A stretch of DNA of 43,332 nt from an uncultured bacterium (GCA_963978095.1 CAXBQP010000024.1:1-43332), one strand, 5' to 3'. Positions 1 through 9,778 are shown, counted from the first letter of the stretch. Notes: generated by a model not told the origin, from the sequence alone. Numbers and translations: made by a program.

Positions 1-72
1 TTTTTTCAAGCAGAAGACGGCATACGAGATAAGGCCACGTGACTGGAGTTCAGACGTGTGCTCTTCCGATCT
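1..72 (+). other. Illumina P7/TruSeq-type indexed adapter (sequencing artefact)
   Basis: T6, then CAAGCAGAAGACGGCATACGAGAT (P7, 7-30), index AAGGCCAC (31-38), then GTGACTGGAGTTCAGACGTGTGCTCTTCCGATCT (39-72). Confidence 0.99.
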
Positions 73-982
73 ACGTCCCTGGTTCCGACTCGTCGGCGTT
101 GCAGACGAGATAGTGCGGAGTGGCCTGCTGCGAGCGTACGGCGGCCCACTTCCGTCCCGTGGGAAACGCGGCGCCGCCACGTCCCACGAGCTTTGACGCC
201 GTGACCTCGGCAATCACCCCATCCGCGCCCATCTCGCGCGCTTTGGTCAATGCGGCGAAGCCGCCGGAGGCGCGATACGCGTCGATGCTCGTGGGATCCA
301 CAACCCCGCAGCGCCTCAGCAACACGAGCGCGGGATCCCCCTGCTGGGGGAGAGCGGGCACGTGGCTATCGGCCGGCGCGGCCGTCGTACCGCTCACGAG
401 GGCCACGGCCTGGTCCGCCGTCACTCGGCCGAGCAGTCGTTCCAGCGGCTGCTCACCCGCGACGGTCAGCAGAGCGGCCGGAGCCGCATCACAGAGCCCA
501 AGGCAGGGTGAGTGCATCCAGGCGCCGTCGCGGTCGTCGAGCACCACCTGCGACCCGGCGGGCGCCGCATGCACCGAGCGGCCGCATGCGGTTTCGAGCG
601 CCTCTTCTATCGCACGCGCCCCTCGGTTTCGGCATCCGACGTCGTCGCAGACGTGCAGCACACGCTTCGGCCGCGGCGTCGTGGCGAAAAGGGCATAGAA
701 AGTCGCGACCCCCCACGCATCCGCGGGAGGGACTCCAAGACGTTCGCAGACGTAGGCGAGCCCGCCCTCCGAGATCCAACCGACACGCCCCTGCAGTGCA
801 TGCAGCGCGGGGATGAGCTCGTGGCGACGGTCACGGACGGACTGACCGCCAGTCCCCGTGTGGTAATCGCGCTCGGATCCGCGCGAACCGCCGTCCCAGG
901 CGTTGCGCGGCACACCGACTACCGCATCCACGGCGGCGCGTTCCTCGGCGGTCGGCGTCGCGTCCAGCAGCTTGAGATCCAC
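73..982 (-). CDS. NuoE-NuoF-like fusion, NAD-linked diaphorase subunit of the formate dehydrogenase; 3' truncated at the contig end
   Basis: NuoE-like part: LIPALHALQGRVGWI, GVATFY, [2Fe-2S] VCDDVGC...PCLGLC. NuoF-like part: SKLVGRGGAAFPTGRKW, YLVCNADESEPGT. The TAG stop at 71-73 is created by the adapter junction. GGAG lies upstream of the GTG start. Confidence 0.9.
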
Positions 983-2953
983 TCAGCGGGGCTCCGCGAT
1001 CAGGGTGTCGGACGTGAGCGCGAGGACCGGCGCGGCGACGCGCTCGACGCGCACCGCGCAGGCTTTGAACTCGGCCGTCCCCGACTTGGGATCCGCGACG
1101 TCGATCGTGAGAACGTTCGTCGCCACTTCGTCAGGGAAATGAAGGGTCATGAACAGGAGCTTCTCCCGCAATGACGGGTCGATGAACGCCGGGGCCACCA
1201 CGCTTCCGCGCCGCGAGGTGATGCGAACCAGCTCGCCATCGGTGATCTGCAACTTTCGTGCGTCTTCGGGGGAAATGTCGAGCGATTCTCCCCAGTGCAG
1301 CGGGGAACGATAGCCGCCCGTCTGCACCCCCGTGTTGTATGACTCGAGGCGACGACCCGTGGTGAGCAGGAACGGATACTTCGGGTCGCGCATCTCGTGT
1401 GGTACCTCGTGGTGCACCACACTGAAGGGCGCCGCGCGGCCCTCACGCGGCTCCTGCCAGAGGCGGCCGTGCAGGAACTGCGTTCCCGGATGCGATTCGT
1501 CCGGGCAGGGCCACTGGATCCCGCCGAGTTGCTCGAGACGTTCGTAGCTCATCCCGCCCGCAAATGCCGGCGCGGCGAGGCGGAACTCGTTCCACACCTC
1601 CTCCGCGGTAGGCGTCGACCAGTCGTGACCCATGCGGCGCGCAAGCTCGGCGATGATCCAGAGCTCATCGCGCGCACCCGCCGGCGCTTCGCGCGCTTTC
1701 CGCACCCGCTGCACGCGGCGTTCACTGTTCGTGACGGTGCCGTCGCCTTCGCACCATGTCGCGGCGGCAGGAAAGACCACGTCAGCCAACCGTGCCGTCT
1801 TGGTCAGGAAGATCTCCTGCACCACCAGATGCTCGAGGCCGTTGAAGATCCGCTCGACGCGATTGCCGTCGGCATCGCTCTGCGCGGGGTTCTCGCCGAT
1901 CACGAAGAGCCCCTTCATCTCGCCGTGCTCGATCGCGTGCAGCATCTGCGTCAGGTTCTTGCCGTACTTGGGCTGAATCTCCGTGCCCCAGAGCTTCCCG
2001 ATCCGCTCGCGCGCTACGGCGTCGAGTTCGATGTCCTGGAATCCCGGGAGCTTGTTGGGGATGGCGCCCATGTCCCCGCCTCCCTGCACATTGTTCTGGC
2101 CGCGCAGCGGATTGCAGCCGGACCCCCAGCGTCCCACATGCCCCGTCAGCAGGCAGAGGTTGATCAGCGAGAGGACGTTGTCGACTGCATTGTGATGCTC
2201 CGTGATGCCGAGCGTCCAGCAGATCATCGCGCGTTTGGCGGTCGCGAAGGCTCGCGCCGCCTCCCGGATCACGTCAGCTGGGATCCCTGTCGTCTCCGCG
2301 ACGGCCTCCGGGGAGTAGTCCTGGACGGCCGTCCTGTAGGCCTCGAACCCCTCGGTCGCATTGGCGATAAAGCCGGGATGCGTCAGCCCCGACGCGATGA
2401 TTTCGTGCGCCATGGCATTGGCGAGCGCGATGTCGCTCCCCACGCGCAGCCCGAGCCATACGTCCGCCCACTTGGCGCTCGAGGTGCGCCGCGGGTCCAT
2501 CACGTAGAGCCGCGTGTTGTTGTGACGGATCCCCTTCAGCAGATGGTGGAACCAGATCGGGTGCGCCTCGCGGGCATTCGACCCCCACAGGAATACCACG
2601 TCCGCGTCCTCCACCTCCTCGTAGGAGTTGGTGCCGCCGCCCGCTCCGAACACCGTCGCCAGACCGACGACGCTAGGCGCGTGTCACGTTCGATTACAGC
2701 TGTCGATGTTGTTCGTGCCGAACACCACTCGGCTGAACTTTCCCGCCAGGAAGTTGACCTCGTTCGTGCTCTTCGAGCAGCTGAAGATTCCGAGCGAATT
2801 GGGGCCGTGCTCCCCCTTGAGGCGGCGGAAACCCGCGGCCGCGCGATCCAAGGCCTCATCCCATGAAGCAGGACGCAACAACCCATTGTCGCGGACCAAG
2901 GGTTCGGTCAGGCGCTCGTACGACTGGGGGGGGCTGAAACGGCGAGTACTCAC
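983..2953 (-). CDS. fdhF: Formate dehydrogenase catalytic (alpha) subunit, Mo/W-bisPGD, selenocysteine-containing (Sec at codon 90)
   Basis: ORFs 2684..3283 and 983..2653 share one frame separated only by TGA at 2686-2684, giving NNIDSCNRT-U-HAPSVVGL (FDH active-site U/C-H motif). Also PLRGQNNVQG, GTVTNSERRVQ and a C-terminal molybdopterin dinucleotide domain (LTTGRRL...EFKACAV). GTG start at 2953 follows GGAGAA. Confidence 0.92.
2654..2683 (-). promoter_or_regulatory. Bacterial SECIS element 3' of the in-frame UGA
   Basis: mRNA reads UGA-CACGCGCCUAG-CGUCGUC-GGUCU-GGCGACG. This is a 7-bp stem with a GGUCU loop starting 11 nt after the UGA, similar in spacing and loop to the E. coli fdhF SECIS. 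Confidence 0.8.
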
Positions 2954-3138
2954 GGCGGGTTCTCCATGCGGGAAGAACAGCAGCGGACCGGGTGTTGTCG
3001 GTCCGCTCACGGTGGAAGATGGAGCCCGGAACTCGGGGACGGTAGCCTCTGCCGCGGGGCCAACGCCCCGTGGATGGCGGAGGCGGGATGGCGCTCCGGG
3101 CGTTATCATGGGTTCGACCGATTTCCGGAGCAGATTCG

Positions 3139-4383
3139 ATGCACCGCATGCCGCTGTCCGCACTGCTTGCCGCACTCGCCGCACTCGCCGGTGGAGCCAC
3201 GCCGTCCCTGGCGCAGACCGCACCGCCCGCCGTACCGCGCCAAACGGAGGCGGATGCCTACACGCGGTACGAACTGCTGGCACCGGGGAGTGCGAAGTTC
3301 AAAATCGTGTATGAGGTGACCGCGACGACCCCGGGCGCACGGTACTATTTCAACCCCATTCGCAAAGGAAGCATCGCGACGGACGAGAGCGTCTTCGATC
3401 GCGCGACCGGGAAGCCGCTCTCCTTCTCCGTCGTCGGTCAAGCGGAGGCGACCGCCGGTGGAGTTCCGGGGCGGGACTCGACGCAGACATACATCAAAGT
3501 GGCGCTGACACGCCCCGTGCCGGCAAACGGTGGCGAGGCACGCGTCCTGATTGTGAAGACGTACGAGGATCCCAAGAGCTATCTCATGCTCGGCGATACC
3601 ATCGTCTTCACCCGCGGCTTGGGCATCAAGCGCAACGCGGTCGTGTTGCCGCAGGGTTACGAACTGCTGAGCAGCACTTTCCCGTCGCAAGTACTTCAGG
3701 AACCGGACGGGCGCGTCGGCGTTTCGTTCTGGAACAATACCCCCTCGGAAGCCGCGGTGTCCGTACGAGCGGTGCCGGTCCGCGGACTCCCGTCCACGCC
3801 GTCCGCGCTTGTGTCCCGTTTTGATGAGCGGGCCCACCAGAATCGGGAGATCGTGTACGACCTCCAGCAACCGGAAACCCATGCGTTCGCGCTCTACCAC
3901 GATTATACGGAGTCGCGGCCCGGAGTCTCGGTGTACGTCAACGAAGTGCGTGCCGGAAGTACGGTGTCCCACCCCTCGGCACGCAATCTCGATACCGGCG
4001 ATACGCTGACCTGGCAGGTGCTGCGAGGCACCGCGATCACCGACGCCGGCCTCGAGGTCAAGAATGTGACCGCCGCGAGCGAAGTCGTCGCGTTTCGCTT
4101 CCCCGCGGTGGCGAATGGTCGAACGACGCGGATCCGCATGTTCGAGACGTACACAGACTCGGCGCGCTACAAGCTGGTGGGTGATGAACTCGTCTGGGAT
4201 CGCACGTTCGGACGCCCCTCGAACATCGTCATTCTCCCGAGCGGATGGATCCTGACCAACAGCTCGGTACCGGCGACCGTCAGCACGCAGGCCGACGGCC
4301 GCGTACGACTCGAATACATCAACCCCCGCACCGACGAGATCGCCGTATTGATCACGGCTCGGCGGCGCCCTCCTTCTCGCTGA
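3139..4383 (+). CDS. Secreted hypothetical protein with two tandem homologous beta-rich domains
   Basis: ATG at 3139 after CCGGAG. Signal peptide MHRMPLSALLAALAALAGGATPSLA-Q. Internal repeat is visible by eye. Confidence 0.8.
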   Translation: MHRMPLSALLAALAALAGGATPSLAQTAPPAVPRQTEADAYTRYELLAPGSAKFKIVYEVTATTPGARYYFNPIRKGSIATDESVFDRATGKPLSFSVVGQAEATAGGVPGRDSTQTYIKVALTRPVPANGGEARVLIVKTYEDPKSYLMLGDTIVFTRGLGIKRNAVVLPQGYELLSSTFPSQVLQEPDGRVGVSFWNNTPSEAAVSVRAVPVRGLPSTPSALVSRFDERAHQNREIVYDLQQPETHAFALYHDYTESRPGVSVYVNEVRAGSTVSHPSARNLDTGDTLTWQVLRGTAITDAGLEVKNVTAASEVVAFRFPAVANGRTTRIRMFETYTDSARYKLVGDELVWDRTFGRPSNIVILPSGWILTNSSVPATVSTQADGRVRLEYINPRTDEIAVLITARRRPPSR

Positions 4384-4390
4384 CACCCCG

Positions 4391-5563
4391 ATGACGACGC
4401 ACACGACGGCCCGCAGGACCCACACTTTCACCGAATCGGTCATTCGCGAGATGACGCGGGTGGCGCGCGCGCACGACGCCATCAACCTGGCGCAAGGGTT
4501 TCCCGACTTCGCGATGCCGGAATCCATGAAGGAGGCCGCGGCCGCGGCCATCCATGCGGATGTGAACCAATACGCGATCACCTGGGGCGCCAAGCCCCTG
4601 CGAGACGCCATCGTCGGGAAGTATCACACGCGGTACGGCATGCCGGTCGACCCCGAGCGTGAGATCACCGTGACGTGCGGTGCGACCGAGGCCGCAGCCT
4701 CCGTGTTTCTGGCGCTGCTCAATCCCGGCGACGAAGTGCTGATCTTCGAGCCGTTCTACGAGAACTACGGCCCGGACGCGGTCCTCTGTGAGGCCACCCC
4801 GGTCTTTGTGCCATTGCGCGCCCCGGACTGGCGATACGACGGGGACGCTTTGCGTGCCGCCATCACCCCACGGTCGCGCGCCATCGTCCTCAACTCGCCG
4901 CACAACCCGACCGGCCACGTCTTCTCCCGAACGGAACTCGAGGAGATCGCACAACTCTGCATCGCCCACGACCTCATCTGTATCACGGACGATCCGTACG
5001 AGTACATCGTCTTTTCCGGCGAACACATTCCGATCGCCACCCTTCCGGGCATGCGGGAGCGGACGGTCACCATCTCGAGCCTCTCGAAGACCTTCAGCAT
5101 CACGGGCTGGCGATTGGGATACGCGATCGCGAACCCCGAATGGACCAGCGCGATCCGCAAGGTTCATGATTTCCTCACCGTCGGCGCGCCGGCACCGCTG
5201 CAGCAGGCAGCGGCCATCGGCTATGCCTACCCCGAGGAGTACTACGCCGGGATGTCCGCCGCGTACCGCGCCCGTCGGGATTATCTCGCAGGCCCACTGC
5301 GCGCGGCGGGGTTCACGTTCGCCGAACCGCAGGGGGCGTACTATTTCTTTGCCGACTTCAGCGCCCTCTCCACAGACGATGACGTGACGTTCGCGAAATG
5401 GATGACACGGGAGATCGGCGTCGCCACCGTCCCCGGTTCCAGCTTCTTCCGGCCGGGCGCCGCCGACGGCAAACGCTACACCCGATTCGCCTTCTGCAAG
5501 ACGCAGCACACCTTGGAGCGTGCCGTGGAGAAACTCGCGAAACTGTCAACGGCCGGAGCCTGA
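4391..5563 (+). CDS. PLP-dependent class I/II aminotransferase (YbdL/DapC-like)
   Basis: INLAQGFPDF, TCGATEA, LNSPHNPTG, DDPYEYI, SLSKTFSITGWRLGY (PLP lysine), RFAFCK. Confidence 0.92.
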   Translation: MTTHTTARRTHTFTESVIREMTRVARAHDAINLAQGFPDFAMPESMKEAAAAAIHADVNQYAITWGAKPLRDAIVGKYHTRYGMPVDPEREITVTCGATEAAASVFLALLNPGDEVLIFEPFYENYGPDAVLCEATPVFVPLRAPDWRYDGDALRAAITPRSRAIVLNSPHNPTGHVFSRTELEEIAQLCIAHDLICITDDPYEYIVFSGEHIPIATLPGMRERTVTISSLSKTFSITGWRLGYAIANPEWTSAIRKVHDFLTVGAPAPLQQAAAIGYAYPEEYYAGMSAAYRARRDYLAGPLRAAGFTFAEPQGAYYFFADFSALSTDDDVTFAKWMTREIGVATVPGSSFFRPGAADGKRYTRFAFCKTQHTLERAVEKLAKLSTAGA

Positions 5564-5593
5564 GGACGACCGGGCGCGAACCGACCCGCGTCG

Positions 5594-5986
5594 TTACACC
5601 GGCACGCGATCTTTCGCCGACGGGGGCTGGAACACCAAGTCCACTGCCAACCAAGTGGACTTGGTGAACGGGTAGGTGACCACCGGGGCGATGATCATGA
5701 TGGTGATGGCGGCCCACTGCAAAGTGTCCCACGGGATGTTCGGCCACGTGTTCAGCAACCAGACGCCAAGGCCGATCGCGAAAATCAACTCGCTCGCGAT
5801 CAGATTGACCAGATAGGCCCCGATGAAGTAGTCATGGGCGCCGCGATCGAACAGCAGGCCGCAGCGCCGGCACGACGGTTGCAGCTTGAACCATCCGTGC
5901 AGCATCCCCGCGGTCCCGCAGTCGGGACAGCGCAACGTGAGACCGCGAGAGACACGCTGGAATGGAGTAGGGACGTGCATGACCAT
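5594..5986 (-). CDS. DUF983-like membrane protein with CxxC...CxxC motif
   Basis: GLTLRCPDCG...PSCRRCG followed by two hydrophobic helices. Start could be 5980. Confidence 0.75.
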   Translation of the reverse strand: MVMHVPTPFQRVSRGLTLRCPDCGTAGMLHGWFKLQPSCRRCGLLFDRGAHDYFIGAYLVNLIASELIFAIGLGVWLLNTWPNIPWDTLQWAAITIMIIAPVVTYPFTKSTWLAVDLVFQPPSAKDRVPV

Positions 5987-6022
5987 CGACCAATATACCT
6001 ACGCTCCACGGGTGGAGGCATC

Positions 6023-6991
6023 ATGGGACGACCCCGAGTAACCGTCAGTCGGCGGCTGCCCACTGCCGTAGAAGACCGCTTGCAGCGGCAGTTCGACACG
6101 GTGTTGAATCCGTCGGATGTCCCATTGAGTGGCGGCGCCCTGGTAGAGGCGCTCGAATCGTCGGACGCTCTGGTCAGCACGCTTGGGGATCCGATCTCGG
6201 CAGAACTGCTGTCGCGCTGCCGTCCACGGGCCACGCTCATCGCGCACTTCGGCGTGGGCTACGACAACATCGCGGTCGATGCGGCACGCGAACGGGGCAT
6301 CACCGTAACGAATACCCCGGGCGTGCTGACGGAGGATACCGCCGATCTTGCCATCGCCCTTGTGCTGGCGAGCGCCAGACGGATGGCTGAGGGCGACCGC
6401 GAGTTGCGCGCCGCCGCTTGGACGGGATGGCGACCCACGCATCTGCTGGGCACGCGCGTGTCTGGAAAGGTGCTCGGTCTGGTAGGATTCGGGCGAATCG
6501 CACAGGCGGTCGCCCGCCGTGCGCGACTCGGCTTCGGCATGCAGGTGGTCGCCTGGAGTCGGTCCCTGACCGACGAGCTGGCGGCCGCACACGGCGTGCG
6601 TCGGATCGCGGACCTCGACGCACTGTTGCAGCACAGCGATTTCGTGTCGCTGCACGTTCCCGGGAATGCCGACACGCGGCACCTGATCGATGCCTCTCGG
6701 CTCTCGCAGATGCCGTCCCACGCACATCTGGTCAATACGGCCCGCGGTTCCGTCGTGGACGAAGACGCGCTCATTCACGCCCTCGCGAACCGCCGGATCG
6801 CAGGGGCCGGGCTCGATGTGTTCGCGCAGGAACCATTCGTCCCCGACACCTTGTTGGCCCTGCCGAACGTGTGCACCGTCCCGCACATGGCCAGTGCCAC
6901 CGTTGAGAGCCGCACGGCCATGGGGATGCTGGTTGTCGAGAATCTTGAGGCCTACTTCGCGGGGCAGCGACCGCCGAACCAGATCAACTGA
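6023..6991 (+). CDS. D-isomer-specific 2-hydroxyacid dehydrogenase (glyoxylate/hydroxypyruvate reductase-like)
   Basis: ATG at 6023 after GGAGG. GVGYDNI, NTPGVLTEDTADL, GLVGFGRIA, NTARG, AGLDVFAQEP, PHMASAT. Confidence 0.92.
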   Translation: MGRPRVTVSRRLPTAVEDRLQRQFDTVLNPSDVPLSGGALVEALESSDALVSTLGDPISAELLSRCRPRATLIAHFGVGYDNIAVDAARERGITVTNTPGVLTEDTADLAIALVLASARRMAEGDRELRAAAWTGWRPTHLLGTRVSGKVLGLVGFGRIAQAVARRARLGFGMQVVAWSRSLTDELAAAHGVRRIADLDALLQHSDFVSLHVPGNADTRHLIDASRLSQMPSHAHLVNTARGSVVDEDALIHALANRRIAGAGLDVFAQEPFVPDTLLALPNVCTVPHMASATVESRTAMGMLVVENLEAYFAGQRPPNQIN

Positions 6992-7002
6992 CCGGCCGTG
7001 TG

Positions 7003-7031
7003 TTGCCGCTCCCAGCGACCGCTCCTAGCTT
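7003..7031 (+). promoter_or_regulatory. Putative sigma70 promoter of icd-pepA
   Basis: TTGCCG (7003-7008), 17 nt, TAGCTT (7026-7031). Confidence 0.4.
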
Positions 7032-7053
7032 TCGCTGATCAACCCGTACGAGG

Positions 7054-8307
7054 ATGACGCACGTGACGACTTACAAGCATTCGACCGTTCCCGCCGGTGG
7101 GGAGCGCATTGAGGTGTCCGGCGGCGCGTTCCAGGTGCCGGACAATCCGATCATTCCGTTCATCGAAGGCGACGGCACCGGCCCGGACATCTGGCGCGCC
7201 TCGGTGCGCGTGTTTGATGCGGCGGTCGATCGCGCCTATGCAGGGAAGAGGAAGGTGCGCTGGATGGAAGTCCTCGCCGGACAGAAAGCCTTCGATACCA
7301 CCGGCGAGTGGATGCCGGCCGAGTCGCTGGAAGCGGTCCGCGAGTTCAAGATCGCGATCAAGGGGCCATTGACCACCCCGGTGGGCGGCGGGATCCGTTC
7401 GCTGAATGTCGCGCTCCGACAGGAGCTCGATCTCTACGCCTGCATCCGTCCAGTGCGCTACTTCGAAGGCGTCGGCTCGCCAATGAAGGAGCCGGGCAAA
7501 GTCAACATCGTCATCTTCCGCGAGAACATCGAGGATGTCTATTCCGGCATCGAGTTCAAGGCAGGGTCGGCGGAAGCGGACAAGCTGCGTGACTACCTGA
7601 AGGCGGAGTTCAACAAGAACGTCCGCGACGGATCCGCCATCGGCATCAAGCCCATGTCGCCCTTCGGCTCCAAGCGTCTGGTTGAAATGGCCATCAAGTA
7701 CGCCATCAAGAAGGGCAAGAAGTCGGTGACGTTGATGCACAAGGGCAACATCATGAAGTTCACGGAAGGCGGCTTCAAGGATTGGGGTTACGAAGTGGCG
7801 GCCGAGAAGTTCGGTGCGCAGGTGGTGCGTGAGGACGCACTGCCGAACGGCGCCAGCGCGCCCGCGAACGCCGTGGTCATCAAGGACCGCATCGCCGATT
7901 CGATGTTCCAGCAGTTGCTCCTTCGTCCTTCGGAGTACGACGTGATCGCGACGCCGAACCTGAACGGCGACTACGTCTCCGACGCCGCGGCCGCACAGGT
8001 CGGAGGGCTCGGCATCGCGCCGGGCGGGAATGTCGGCGACGAAGCCGCCGTCTTTGAGGCCACCCACGGCACGGCGCCGAAGTATGCGAACCTCGACAAG
8101 ATCAATCCTGGCTCCGTCATTCTCAGCGGCGTCATGATGTTCGAACAGATGGGGTGGCAGGAGGCGGCGGACATGGTCATGCGCGGCATGGAATCCGCCA
8201 TCACCGCCAAGACGGTGACCTACGATCTCGCCCGTCAGATGCCGGGCGCTACGGAAGTCTCGACCTCGGCCTTCGGCGACCGGGTGATCGCCGGCATGCA
8301 GGGCTGA
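7054..8307 (+). CDS. icd: NADP-dependent isocitrate dehydrogenase
   Basis: [70 protein letters not shown]. Confidence 0.97.
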   Translation: MTHVTTYKHSTVPAGGERIEVSGGAFQVPDNPIIPFIEGDGTGPDIWRASVRVFDAAVDRAYAGKRKVRWMEVLAGQKAFDTTGEWMPAESLEAVREFKIAIKGPLTTPVGGGIRSLNVALRQELDLYACIRPVRYFEGVGSPMKEPGKVNIVIFRENIEDVYSGIEFKAGSAEADKLRDYLKAEFNKNVRDGSAIGIKPMSPFGSKRLVEMAIKYAIKKGKKSVTLMHKGNIMKFTEGGFKDWGYEVAAEKFGAQVVREDALPNGASAPANAVVIKDRIADSMFQQLLLRPSEYDVIATPNLNGDYVSDAAAAQVGGLGIAPGGNVGDEAAVFEATHGTAPKYANLDKINPGSVILSGVMMFEQMGWQEAADMVMRGMESAITAKTVTYDLARQMPGATEVSTSAFGDRVIAGMQG

Positions 8308-8308
8308 G

Positions 8309-9778
8309 ATGTCGATCGAGTTTTTCCTCCGCGCTGGCGATCCAGCGCGTGCGGCAACCCCGCTGCTGGCGATCGCGGTGCCCGCCGATCGCCCGATTCC
8401 GAAATCACTGGCGACGCTTGATGCAACGCTTGGGGGGGCGATCGCACGTGTCGTGCGCACCAAGGACTTCAAGGGTGCACGCGACGAGACCCTGCTGCTC
8501 CTCAATCCGGGGCGCGGGCCGGAACGCGTGCTGCTCATCGGACTCGGCGCGGACCCGGATGACAACGCCATCACTCGCGCCGCGAGTATCGCCGGCCGAC
8601 GCGGTAATGCCATGGGGGTCCGTGCCATGGCGTTCTGGGCGGAGGATCTCGCCGCCTGCCGTCTGGAGAACGCTGTCATCGGCCTTTCGCTCGGCAGTTG
8701 GGACTATGCCGAACTCCGCACCCCGAACGCGGACAAGCCCAAGCCGCTCAGCACCGCGACGCTGTGCGTCGCGAACGCCGCGAGCGCCAAATCGGCGTTC
8801 AACAACGGCGTCGCGATCGCTGCGGGCCAGCGCATCGCCCGCACGCTGGGCGCCATGCCGGGCAACGTCTGCACGCCGGATCACATCGCCCGGACCGCGC
8901 GCGACGTGGGCACGCGTCACAAGCTCAAGGTGACCGTCCTCGGCCGCCGCGACATGAAGCGACTCAAGATGGGCTCCTTCCTCGCCGTGGCCCAGGGGAC
9001 GCCGCAGGATCCGAAGCTGATCGCCATCGAATATCGCGGCGGACGGCGCGGGGAGGCGCCCATCGCCCTCGTCGGGAAGGGACTGTGCTTCGATTCGGGC
9101 GGTATCAGCATCAAGCCCGCCGATCGCATGGAGTGGATGAAGTTCGACATGTGCGGTGCAGCCGGCGTGATTGGCGCGATGGAAGCGATCGCCCGCATGA
9201 AGCTGAAGGTGAACGTGGTGGGGCTGATCGGCAGCACGACGAACATGCCAAGCGGCACCGCCATGAACCCCGGAGACGTCGTCCGCGCGTCGAACGGCAA
9301 GACCATCGAGATCATCAACACCGACGCCGAAGGTCGCTTGGTACTGGCCGACGTGCTGACGTACGCGGAACGCTACAAGCCGCAGGCGGTCGTTGATGCC
9401 GCGACCCTGACCGGTGCCGTCGTGATTGCTCTGGGGAACATCCACATGGGGGTGTTGGGTAATGATCAGGGGGTCATCGACGAAGTGCTTGCCGCGAATG
9501 CGCGGGGAGGGGAACCGGGTTGGCAGCTGCCGATGACCGCGGACTACAAGGATCAACTCAAGTCCGACGTGGCGGATCTGCGCAACGTCGGGGTTCGCGG
9601 GGCGGGGACCATCACCGCCGCGCACTTCCTGTCGGAGTTCGCAACCAACTTCAAGTGGGCGCACCTCGACGTGGCGGGAACCGCCTATTCGGAGAGCGAT
9701 CTGGTCATGATCCCGCGCGGCCCCACCGGCGTTCCGGTGCGAACCTTTGTGGAGTTCGTCCGGGGGCGCGCGCGCTGA
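8309..9778 (+). CDS. pepA: Leucyl (cytosol) aminopeptidase, M17 family
   Basis: VGKGLCFDSGGISIK, MKFDMCGA, NTDAEGRLVLAD, ATLTGA, WAHLDVAG. Confidence 0.96.
   Translation: MSIEFFLRAGDPARAATPLLAIAVPADRPIPKSLATLDATLGGAIARVVRTKDFKGARDETLLLLNPGRGPERVLLIGLGADPDDNAITRAASIAGRRGNAMGVRAMAFWAEDLAACRLENAVIGLSLGSWDYAELRTPNADKPKPLSTATLCVANAASAKSAFNNGVAIAAGQRIARTLGAMPGNVCTPDHIARTARDVGTRHKLKVTVLGRRDMKRLKMGSFLAVAQGTPQDPKLIAIEYRGGRRGEAPIALVGKGLCFDSGGISIKPADRMEWMKFDMCGAAGVIGAMEAIARMKLKVNVVGLIGSTTNMPSGTAMNPGDVVRASNGKTIEIINTDAEGRLVLADVLTYAERYKPQAVVDAATLTGAVVIALGNIHMGVLGNDQGVIDEVLAANARGGEPGWQLPMTADYKDQLKSDVADLRNVGVRGAGTITAAHFLSEFATNFKWAHLDVAGTAYSESDLVMIPRGPTGVPVRTFVEFVRGRAR

Noticed and set aside
980..985. The FDH stop TGA is immediately followed in frame by the GTG of the NuoEF-like gene, suggesting a second Sec read-through fusion
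   Set aside because: No SECIS-like hairpin follows, the position is not a catalytic site, and the downstream gene has its own GGAG ribosome-binding site. Simple translational coupling explains it.
2684..3283. 199-aa ORF as a separate gene, or FDH as a pseudogene
   Set aside because: Only 2953-2687 is FDH-like and it continues through the Sec codon. The upstream part is low-information sequence overlapping the divergent gene.
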